64,000 nucleotides of DNA from a virus. Taxonomy: Duplodnaviria > Caudoviricetes. Location: IMG/VR virus record IMGVR_UViG_2548876794_000003, positions 32,001 through 96,000 of that record; one strand, written 5' to 3'. Shown one piece after another: positions 29,701-38,004 of this stretch. The position numbers and the translations under genes were made by a program. The stretch's first letter is position 1, and each line of letters begins with the position of its first letter. Under the pieces are notes generated by a model. It made no database searches and was not told the origin of the DNA. It saw only the letters and a program-made list of their open reading frames with translations.

Positions 29701-32208
29701 TTAAAGTAAATCTGTAGTGCTGTGAGCTTCTGCTTGTGTTGCTGATAATGCTTCGACAATACGTTGGTCAAATACTAATGTAAAACCATCCATATCCCAG
29801 TCAGAACCAGACATGATTAAGTTCAACGTTGGGTGGAATGGAAGCATAACAATACCATCTGATAATGCTTTCATGTACGTTTTAGCGCCTTTCATTAATT
29901 CTTTAACAACTGCTACTGGTAACGTTTTGCCGTCTTTGTTTTTACGACCAAGTAATGCTGCTGCTTTATCTTCGATGCGTGATAAGATTTCATCACGAGA
30001 TACAACGTTTGCAATATGGAAGTCACGAGCACCTGGTTTTGGTGAACGATAGAATACTAATTGCATTGTGATATTTCCTTCTGCATCTACTAGGTCATGC
30101 TTACGAGCATAGCTTTCTGCAGCTGGTGAATACACTTCATCTGTTCCTAATACACCTAGACGGTAAGCCGCTTCTGCGTTACGAAGGTCCTCGAATGCTT
30201 GACGAACAACACGTTTCTTCATTACACCTTTACGAATTTGCATATATGAAGGTTTGATTCCCTCTACTGATTCGTATTTAGCTGTTTGACTTTCAATACC
30301 AGCTTCTACTAAATCGTTGTAATCTTTTAATGCTTTTAAGTGAGCCGCTTCGTGTTGTGTTAAACCTTCTTCATCTGTGTTGAAGTCGATGAATTTAAAA
30401 TTAGCAATATCATCTGGTGTGTTGAATAGTAGAGCAGGTAAGTCGTATAAACCAGACGCATAAGTACCAGCTACAACGTCACGAGATTTGCTATCAAGGT
30501 CACGATTTGTAACGTTGATTACATCTCCTAAAATAGAGTTAACAATAGATGATTCTTTTTCGAATGCGAAACGAGGAGCAGCACTACGCATAATACCTGT
30601 GTAGTAAAGGCTATCTCCTGTTAATTGTGAAGCAGATACTTTAGGATCACGCAATGCTTGATTGCCTTCTTCATCTGTTTCTGTACCGATTGCCGCACTT
30701 AATGCACGACGAGCTGTTTCAGCGCCTAATGTTTCGATTAATAATGGAGCTTGGTCTTGGTTTTCTACAGCCTTAGTTAATGCTTCTTTTTTATCCATAC
30801 CTTCTGCTACGAATTGTTTTGCTAAATCTGCAACACGCATATCTTTCATGTTTTGTACTGCATCTTCTGTTAATAGAGATTGTCCCATTTGACCAGAGTG
30901 ATTCGTTGTTTGTTTAGCAGGGTGAGAAAATGTCATAACTGGCATTGTTGTTTTTGTACCTTCACCGTATGAAACAGGAACTTTCATTTCATCTAGTGTT
31001 GCGATGTAAGTAGGGATAGCTGTTTTATCTACTACTTTTTGAATGATAACTGCGTCATATCCTTTGAAGTATGATTTGATACCATTGAATGCTTTCTTTT
31101 CATTAGCATCTGTTGCACGAGCTTCCATCCATTCTTCACGAGTGATGTATTTAATTTTGTATCCTTGGAATACTAAAGCGTGGATGTATGCTGCAATTGT
31201 TCTAGGCATGAATAGTACGCTTGCTACTTTGTTTACGCCATCGAAACGAGCTTGCATTAATTCACCCACAAAGTGTTGAGGTTTGAACATTGCGCTACCA
31301 CCAATTGAAATTGAAGCATTGTTGATAGATTTCGCTACATATTCAGCACTTACGATTTCGCCACCATCTTTCAGTACGCCATAACGTTTTGTTAAATCAA
31401 TCATTGGAGAAACATCATCTCCATTGAATTTCGCTAAATCTACACCAGCTGTGTGTGTTTGAGATTCACGAGTTGCGATATTGATTAAATCTGCTTTGCT
31501 TGCTTCACGATCTTTGAATTGATCAACGAAGTATTGATTCATGCCGTTTGTTGCAGCATTTGTGATTTCGCGGAATTTTGCTTTACCTTCTTCTGTATCT
31601 GGTAAGGCAATCATTAATAAGCGTTTTACTTTCGCCATACCTGGAGTGTATTGGAATCCGTATAAACGAAGCGCGCCTAATTTATTGAATTCTTCAATTG
31701 TTAATGAAGTGTTGTTTAATAGTGAACGATATGTGTTACGAGAACGAGTGTATAATTCCACTGAACCGTTATCTGCGAATACTACATATAAGCCAGTTTC
31801 TAAAGCGTCTAATGAAGATTTGTCGAATTTAACTTCTAATAAACCGTTAAGGAAGTTCTCAACTTTCATTTCACCAAGATCTGTCATGATTGTTGTTTCT
31901 CTTTGTAATGCTTGACCTTCTAAGCCTTCTACCATTTCGATATAGCGATCTGTAGAAACACCTGTTTTTGTAGATGCTACAGAAGTGCTTACTTGGTGTA
32001 CGTTTTCAAGAACCACCTTGCGAATTGTTACGCCGTCTTTTACTGCGCGGAATACTTCTTCAAGGTACGCTTTGATTTTGTTACCTTTAGCTTTTGGTAA
32101 CAGGTTTACTGCTACAGTTGATAGTTCTGATTTAACGTAGTTTACTTCTGGTAATGCTAATACTGTTGTTGCTGCTTCTGTTACTGTTGCTTGTGTAGAT
32201 GTTTTCAT
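29701..32208 (-). CDS. Two-barrel (DPBB) RNA polymerase, YonO/cellular RdRP-like, catalytic subunit
   Basis: Ordered motifs KDGGEIVS, MQARFDGVNK, NHSGQMGQSL, GLYD, GVLGTDEV, VFYRSP..D, GIVMLP, SGSDWDMDGFTLVFD (DxDxD); start at ATG 32208 after AGGAG. Confidence 0.85.
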   Translation of the reverse strand: MKTSTQATVTEAATTVLALPEVNYVKSELSTVAVNLLPKAKGNKIKAYLEEVFRAVKDGVTIRKVVLENVHQVSTSVASTKTGVSTDRYIEMVEGLEGQALQRETTIMTDLGEMKVENFLNGLLEVKFDKSSLDALETGLYVVFADNGSVELYTRSRNTYRSLLNNTSLTIEEFNKLGALRLYGFQYTPGMAKVKRLLMIALPDTEEGKAKFREITNAATNGMNQYFVDQFKDREASKADLINIATRESQTHTAGVDLAKFNGDDVSPMIDLTKRYGVLKDGGEIVSAEYVAKSINNASISIGGSAMFKPQHFVGELMQARFDGVNKVASVLFMPRTIAAYIHALVFQGYKIKYITREEWMEARATDANEKKAFNGIKSYFKGYDAVIIQKVVDKTAIPTYIATLDEMKVPVSYGEGTKTTMPVMTFSHPAKQTTNHSGQMGQSLLTEDAVQNMKDMRVADLAKQFVAEGMDKKEALTKAVENQDQAPLLIETLGAETARRALSAAIGTETDEEGNQALRDPKVSASQLTGDSLYYTGIMRSAAPRFAFEKESSIVNSILGDVINVTNRDLDSKSRDVVAGTYASGLYDLPALLFNTPDDIANFKFIDFNTDEEGLTQHEAAHLKALKDYNDLVEAGIESQTAKYESVEGIKPSYMQIRKGVMKKRVVRQAFEDLRNAEAAYRLGVLGTDEVYSPAAESYARKHDLVDAEGNITMQLVFYRSPKPGARDFHIANVVSRDEILSRIEDKAAALLGRKNKDGKTLPVAVVKELMKGAKTYMKALSDGIVMLPFHPTLNLIMSGSDWDMDGFTLVFDQRIVEALSATQAEAHSTTDLL

Positions 32209-32493
32209 GATATAATTTCTCCTGTGTAGATGCTTGCCTTGTTGCAAGTCATCTCTGACGCATGCTCAATATGCGTAGATGCTACCTATATGGTTAGTCA
32301 TCGTTTCTCTTATGTAAGTAGTGGTGTTATAACCAGTTACTTACGTTGTAGTCTTCCAAACTACAACTTGTGAGCCTTTTATAAAGACTCGCCATTACAG
32401 AAAAGAGTCCAATCTTTCCTATAATGAATCGTAATAAGTACGTCCAATACTTATTACATAGACGGGTGTTTCCTCACTCGTCTTTTTTTTTAT

Positions 32494-32558
32494 TGCCTTC
32501 CATCTGCGTTTGTACGGGCTTTGGACCGTTATACATTTGTATAGCCGCATTAAAAGCA
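32494..32558 (-). ncRNA. Twister ribozyme (P1 type), cleavage U32552^A32551
   Basis: UGCUUUU^AAUGCGGCUAUAC-aaau-GUAUA-ACGG-UCCAAAGC-CCGU-acaaac-GCA-GAUG-GAAGGCA: P1, P2 (UGC/GCA), P3, P4, pseudoknots GGCU/AGCC and UC/GA. Confidence 0.85.
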
Positions 32559-32585
32559 GGGCTCTATATAGAACCCCTTATATGA

Positions 32586-32819
32586 CTACATGCTCATATA
32601 GTCATTCTTAGCGTATGCAAAGTGTTGTTCAGCAGGGCAGTGGAATAATAACCATTGGTTCTTGCCATCTTTAGATACTGAGATGACACTAGCTACTATG
32701 TCCTTCCCTTGCTTAATCAACTTACATACGACATGATTACCAGCTAATTTGTGTCTGCTGATAATGTTCACCTGTGCTTCTGTGTATTCCTCTTTGCTTA
32801 AATCTACTGACTTTACCAT
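32586..32819 (-). CDS. Hypothetical protein
   Basis: 77 aa, GGGAG RBS. Confidence 0.65.
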   Translation of the reverse strand: MVKSVDLSKEEYTEAQVNIISRHKLAGNHVVCKLIKQGKDIVASVISVSKDGKNQWLLFHCPAEQHFAYAKNDYMSM

Positions 32820-32844
32820 AATGTATCTCTCCCATTCCTATGTG

Positions 32845-33342
32845 TTATTTGTTGTTATGCATGAATAATGGTTTGCGTTTTAATTGATTAATGTAACGTT
32901 CGTTATATGTGATATAGCGATTGCGTAAACGATCTGGAATATAGCGAAGTCCTATACGATACGCTCGCTCTTCTAATTTCAATTGAATCTTTCCTAATGT
33001 TGGCTTGTGCTTATGAACAACCATTGCTGCCATATTGGCTAATTGGTAACGGCATGCTGGATCATTGGCATGTCCTAGTTCATGTGCCATTGCGATAAGG
33101 TAGTTATCTACAATTTCTTTAACGCTAATGACAGCATCATTGCCCATCAAATCAAATAAAAGACGATCACATACATTCATGTAAATGTGACCGCCTTCGA
33201 ATAAACCGATTGCTTTGTAATTGAATAAAGAATCATCTTCTGTAAAGACTACATCTATATCCTTTAATTGCTCTGCGTATACGTTAGTTACATCACGTTG
33301 GATAGCTAAACGCAGGTTGTTCATAATGAATTGCTTGTTCAT
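32845..33342 (-). CDS. HExxH metallopeptidase-like protein (ImmA/IrrE-like)
   Basis: AMAHELGHA...LEERAY; likely start MNKQF after GGGAG. Confidence 0.6.
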   Translation of the reverse strand: MNKQFIMNNLRLAIQRDVTNVYAEQLKDIDVVFTEDDSLFNYKAIGLFEGGHIYMNVCDRLLFDLMGNDAVISVKEIVDNYLIAMAHELGHANDPACRYQLANMAAMVVHKHKPTLGKIQLKLEERAYRIGLRYIPDRLRNRYITYNERYINQLKRKPLFMHNNK

Positions 33343-33682
33343 CTTTAGTCGCTCCCTTTTTATCTTGGGCATAGGTATGCTGTTTCTAGGCAGATTTTGA
33401 TACGTTGTTTAGAAAAGCGAAATGGCATACCCGGGGCTCCAAAATATGTGTTTTTGAGTGTATATATATAATGGGTAGCCACAGGATTTTTTCATTTTTT
33501 CGTTTCCGCATAGGGTTTTTACAATCCGTATATATTTTTTATGTAGTCTTAGTTTCGTTTTAAATTGTCAGACTATTAAAGTCTTTAATGAGGCCTTAAG
33601 AAAAAATTGCGCCATAAGAAAGTTTGTGCAAAAATAGTAGCTGCCTTTCGAGGTACTAATACAAATGAGGGGAGAGATTTTA

Positions 33683-34060
33683 ATGGAAAATGAAAATCAA
33701 GATTATTTCAACGAGGACGACACCACATTCTATGACAATGGTGATGAAATTCTTATTAACAATGAGCAGTCTACATTCGGTGTATGTACAGTAGAGCAAG
33801 TAAAAGTTTCTGAGTCATTCGAAGATGAAGATGGTCGCCAACAATCAATGGAACGATTAGTTGTACAAGGTACTTTGCAAATCAACGACTATCTCGAAGA
33901 TATTGAAGCTATTCAGTTCGGAAATTATTTCGTACGCAACGTGAATGTCATTAGAGAAGTTATTACAAATGCACAAGTATATGTTCACTACGAGTTTGTT
34001 GCTGACGGTGTTACGATTGTTCCACCTCAACCAATCAAGGAAGTGGGGGAAGTAGAATGA
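33683..34060 (+). CDS. Hypothetical acidic protein, first gene of the late arm
   Basis: AGGGGAG RBS before ATG 33683; ATGA overlap with the next gene. Confidence 0.7.
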   Translation: MENENQDYFNEDDTTFYDNGDEILINNEQSTFGVCTVEQVKVSESFEDEDGRQQSMERLVVQGTLQINDYLEDIEAIQFGNYFVRNVNVIREVITNAQVYVHYEFVADGVTIVPPQPIKEVGEVE

Positions 34061-34797
34061 CAAATGTACAAGATGAAGTCGTAGAGGAAGCGGCAGAGGA
34101 AGTTCTACCAGAAGGTTTTGATTTAACCGCCCTGGCAGGAAATGATTCGCCAACTGGTTTAACCCCTGTGGAGCGTAGACTACAGTTTGAAGAAAATGTG
34201 AAGAATATCTGGGGATTTAGCGAGACTGGATGCGAAGCAAAAAGCGCAGCTATGGCCATGCTATCAACCAAAACAGGAATGTATGCACGTATTCCAATTA
34301 CCTGTAAAGGTGAAGGATGTCCGTATGCATCGACTTGTAAGCTGTTGCCGTACGACCTTGCCCCAGTCGGAGAACCTTGTCCTATTGAAGCGGCAGAGAT
34401 TGAGTTACGTTTCAGCGGTTATGCAGAGGACTTCGGCTATCTTGAAAATACAATCAGCTTCACAGACCGCGCCTTAATTAGTGACTTGATTAACCAAGAT
34501 ATTCTACTTGAACGATGTAAGTCGTTGATGGCTGCAGAAGGCGTACCAGTAGTAGATGTCGTAGCTGGAATCAGTGAACAAGGTGAAGAGTTTTATCAAC
34601 CGCAAGTATCAAAACACTGGGAAGCGTACGAGCGAATCATTAAACGCCGTAACGAAATTTACAATTTACTATTAGCTACACGTAAAGACCGTAAAGGCGA
34701 GCAAGATGTTGGTTCAACAGCTATGGATCAAATCATGTCGTTTGTACAAGATGCAGACTACGCAGAAATTGATACACGCCCAGAGAATATTCAATAG
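34057..34797 (+). CDS. Putative terminase small subunit
   Basis: KTGMYA (KHGxYA-like), Cys cluster, helical core ending LLATRKDR; lies upstream of terL. Confidence 0.55.
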   Translation: MTNVQDEVVEEAAEEVLPEGFDLTALAGNDSPTGLTPVERRLQFEENVKNIWGFSETGCEAKSAAMAMLSTKTGMYARIPITCKGEGCPYASTCKLLPYDLAPVGEPCPIEAAEIELRFSGYAEDFGYLENTISFTDRALISDLINQDILLERCKSLMAAEGVPVVDVVAGISEQGEEFYQPQVSKHWEAYERIIKRRNEIYNLLLATRKDRKGEQDVGSTAMDQIMSFVQDADYAEIDTRPENIQ

Positions 34798-34809
34798 GAG
34801 GAATACATA

Positions 34810-35154
34810 ATGAAAATTGGACCAACTGGTTCTGATTTAGGAGATTCGATTTTAGCCGCATTTAGTTCTGGCGGTTTTCGAGAAAACATCCTCAATTCAA
34901 ATAAAGCAATTCAAAATGTACATGCTGGCGGTATGCTCGGCGGTATTTCACAATCGGTCAATGCCTATCGAGATACTGGCGACCTTGCAAGATCAATTAA
35001 AGCTGCGCACTCAAATGAAGATGGCGCATTAAACTATGGTCGTATTGCAGGTAGCGTATTGACTGCTGGTGTCGGTTATCGTGCATTAAGTGGTGGTGGT
35101 TTGTATCGTGATAAGGACGGTCAAACAAACATTGCTGGCGTACCGTTTATTTAG
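34810..35154 (+). CDS. Gly-rich hypothetical (putative internal virion/ejection) protein
   Basis: 114 aa, AGGAGG RBS. Confidence 0.65.
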   Translation: MKIGPTGSDLGDSILAAFSSGGFRENILNSNKAIQNVHAGGMLGGISQSVNAYRDTGDLARSIKAAHSNEDGALNYGRIAGSVLTAGVGYRALSGGGLYRDKDGQTNIAGVPFI

Positions 35155-35166
35155 GAGGGGCTGTAA

Positions 35167-36153
35167 ATGGTATTCTCAAACGGTTTCGCAGTAAGCGGAG
35201 CTCTAGCTGGTGGCGCAGTTGGTGGTACGACAGGTATCATCGCCGCCGCCAATAGTGACAACCCAGCAGGCGTCATGGGCTCTGCCGGTGTCGGTTCTGC
35301 AATTGGGGCAACAGTCGGTGGTATCGGAGCAGGTGTATTACCAAACTTCGGTGAAGCTGGCAAGAAAGTCGGTACTGGTTTAGCAAAAGGTTTATTCGTT
35401 CAACCAGCACATGCTTATATGAATAGCTTCAAAACGGTCTCTGGCAACGGGAGTTTGCGAACAGCTGTCGGCAGTTTAGGCATTGGCAGTGGGATGGCAG
35501 GTGCCGGTATTGGTATGTACTTTGGAAACAAATTCACCGGTGGAGATGGTTCTGGTGCCTTGACTGGTGCCGCGATTGGTGGAGCTGCTGGTTTAGCCGC
35601 GCCATTAGCACTTGGAGCAACGTCTGCAGCAGTTGGTTTTGGAGGAATGGCCTTACTAAAAAACTCTGGGCGTATTATGTCTGGAGTTGGTTCAGTAGGG
35701 ATAGGTACAGCGCTAGGTTCAGCCGCAACAGCTGGGCATCTTCTCGCACCAAAAACGTTGAAAGGTACATCTTTCGATCCGCGTACAGGCAACGCGCTTG
35801 CTCGTGGTGTTAAACGCGCGGGCTACTTTGCGACAAATCCAGTACAAAAATATGCAAAGTTCGCAACAGGCGTTGCTGGCAAGATGTTTAAGTATGAGAA
35901 TGCTTCTGCTAAATTGAACAGCAAAGGTAAGATGGTTCATACACCTGGTCGAATGCGCTTGTCCAAATTAGGATTAGGTGTCGGCGCAGTAGGGATGTTA
36001 ATTGCATCTGGTACATCAGCAACAAAAGATTATCTAAATCGTAGTGGTTCTCCAAGTGGGGCATCGACTCCTACACCAAAACCATACAGCTATGTAGATA
36101 ATGGCGGTGCGACAGGTGACTTAGTGTTTGCTATGCACAACAATCGAAATTAA
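35167..36153 (+). CDS. Glycine-zipper hydrophobic protein (putative ejection/membrane protein)
   Basis: Multiple GxxxG segments, 328 aa. Confidence 0.65.
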   Translation: MVFSNGFAVSGALAGGAVGGTTGIIAAANSDNPAGVMGSAGVGSAIGATVGGIGAGVLPNFGEAGKKVGTGLAKGLFVQPAHAYMNSFKTVSGNGSLRTAVGSLGIGSGMAGAGIGMYFGNKFTGGDGSGALTGAAIGGAAGLAAPLALGATSAAVGFGGMALLKNSGRIMSGVGSVGIGTALGSAATAGHLLAPKTLKGTSFDPRTGNALARGVKRAGYFATNPVQKYAKFATGVAGKMFKYENASAKLNSKGKMVHTPGRMRLSKLGLGVGAVGMLIASGTSATKDYLNRSGSPSGASTPTPKPYSYVDNGGATGDLVFAMHNNRN

Positions 36154-36168
36154 CAAGGAGGAGATACG

Positions 36169-36609
36169 ATGCCGGCATTAGGTTCTATCCTTCGATCCGC
36201 TTCTGGGTTCAACAAATTCAAGAACTCAAATAAAGGTCGAATGGTCAGCATAGGTCTTAGTGGATTAGGTTTTGTCCATGAATACAATGAAAATCGCGCA
36301 GAAGGCGATGGTGTTGCAAAGTCTGCCGTAAAAGGTGCGGGTAATGCATTCATTATGGATGCTGTCGGGATGCCTGTGTACTTTGGTGCTATGGCGTTAG
36401 GTGGAGCTGTAAAAGGTGGCGGCGCAATCGCTTCAAGTGTTGCACGAACATCAAGAGAGATGGCGCGTAGCAATCAAGCATTTGCGACGTCAACGTTCGT
36501 TGATACTCAACAAGCCTACACGATGCGACAAGCAGGTATGCAACAAGTGCAATCATCCGAAATGAATACAAAACGGGCATTACTCGGTAATGAAGCGAGG
36601 TATATGTAG
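36169..36609 (+). CDS. Hypothetical protein, paralog A
   Basis: C-terminal NQAF..F.D.QQAYTMRQAGM..LGNEARYM. Confidence 0.75.
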   Translation: MPALGSILRSASGFNKFKNSNKGRMVSIGLSGLGFVHEYNENRAEGDGVAKSAVKGAGNAFIMDAVGMPVYFGAMALGGAVKGGGAIASSVARTSREMARSNQAFATSTFVDTQQAYTMRQAGMQQVQSSEMNTKRALLGNEARYM

Positions 36610-37020
36610 ATGAATATTTCGCCCTCTGTATTACGTTCGTTCAAAAAGACAGGAGCACTAGTAACTGCTGGCGCAACGATATTGGATTATGGCATCAATA
36701 AAGCACAAGGTAAGTCGACAATGGAAGCGGCAGGAAGCGCAGCGGGAACAGCTGTAATGTCTCATTTTTTACCATGGTACGCTACGTTTGCTTTGCAAGC
36801 ACATCCTTTATTAAAAGGGGCAGTAGGAGAAAGTGTAAGAGAAGTAGACATGAAGTCACGCGACTTTGCGCGAAACAATCAAGCATTTTCTAACTCTTAC
36901 TTCTCTGATAACTCTCAAACGTTTACGATGCGACAAGCAGGTATGGCCTCAATTGAGCGAGCGAAATATAATCAGCAGAATGCCATGTTAGGTAGCGAAG
37001 CAAAATATATGAACTATTAA
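36610..37020 (+). CDS. Hypothetical protein, paralog B
   Basis: C-terminal NQAF..F.D.SQTFTMRQAGM..LGSEAKYM. Confidence 0.75.
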   Translation: MNISPSVLRSFKKTGALVTAGATILDYGINKAQGKSTMEAAGSAAGTAVMSHFLPWYATFALQAHPLLKGAVGESVREVDMKSRDFARNNQAFSNSYFSDNSQTFTMRQAGMASIERAKYNQQNAMLGSEAKYMNY

Positions 37021-37035
37021 ATGAGGTGAAAAGAA

Positions 37036-37962
37036 ATGGTTAAAATATCTAGATCAGCACGTAATGCCAAAAACCAGCATCACATCAAACAACACGAAGC
37101 CCTACGAGGGAAATTCGAAAATGATAATATGATGCCTAAGAAGTATGGTTTCGATGAACATGTCGAAGACTATAAAAAACAAGGTGGAGACGTCGGTAAC
37201 TACAAGGATTTTAAAGAATTCGCTCTGCAGAATACAGGACGTAAAACACAAGCTGCAAAAGATATGCAGATGAAAAAAGAAGAAATGCTACGTTTGAATC
37301 GCCACAATACTCAGCAGCGTCAACGAATGCTAGAGGAATCGCGTAAGCCAAATACGAAACCTTCTAGCAACCCTATTGAAATGAGCGCAGCGGAAGAAGC
37401 TCAAATGTTTAGAGAATTGAATCAACCACAAAATGAGAGATCAGTGACTCGACAAGAGCGTAGGCAAGCAGAGAAAGCAAAAGCTCGAACGCAGCGAAGT
37501 GAAGCACCGCCAAAAGGTGTTGACCAATCTTACTACGAAAACGTATATCGAGAAGGAAACTCTCGTCCAGAAAAACGTTTAGCTAAACAACTGGCAAGCA
37601 AGCACATGGGATTACAGAATCATGTAGATACATTCCAAAAAGCAGTGAAGAGTGGAAAGTTAAAGGATGAAGAAGAAATTCGAAGTGAATTACGTGGTAT
37701 CGGTAAACGATTGAATCACAAAGGTGAAGATATGGATGACTGGGTAGATAAAATGAGTTCATCTAAATCATTTGATGGCCTTCAAAAAGAAGTAAAAGAT
37801 CACCGATTCGAAGCAAACTTACATGACAAGATGATAGCGAACAAAGGCTATCAAGCTGGTGTTGGTGCGCTAGGTACAGTCTGGCTTGTGAATAATATGG
37901 CTGCGGGCAAGGGGCAACAATCTAACTCGCAACTTTATGGCCAACAACAGTCCTATTACTAA
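37036..37962 (+). CDS. Hypothetical basic protein
   Basis: 308 aa, GAGGTG RBS, hydrophobic C-terminal patch. Confidence 0.7.
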   Translation: MVKISRSARNAKNQHHIKQHEALRGKFENDNMMPKKYGFDEHVEDYKKQGGDVGNYKDFKEFALQNTGRKTQAAKDMQMKKEEMLRLNRHNTQQRQRMLEESRKPNTKPSSNPIEMSAAEEAQMFRELNQPQNERSVTRQERRQAEKAKARTQRSEAPPKGVDQSYYENVYREGNSRPEKRLAKQLASKHMGLQNHVDTFQKAVKSGKLKDEEEIRSELRGIGKRLNHKGEDMDDWVDKMSSSKSFDGLQKEVKDHRFEANLHDKMIANKGYQAGVGALGTVWLVNNMAAGKGQQSNSQLYGQQQSYY

Positions 37963-38004
37963 TAGTAAAAAAATAAAGGACTAAAAAGGGAGTAATAAAT
38001 ACAT

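Noticed and set aside
27617-31915. Plus-strand ORFs antisense to the polymerase genes (and similar antisense ORFs in the structural arm)
   Set aside because: Shadow ORFs caused by codon bias of the real genes
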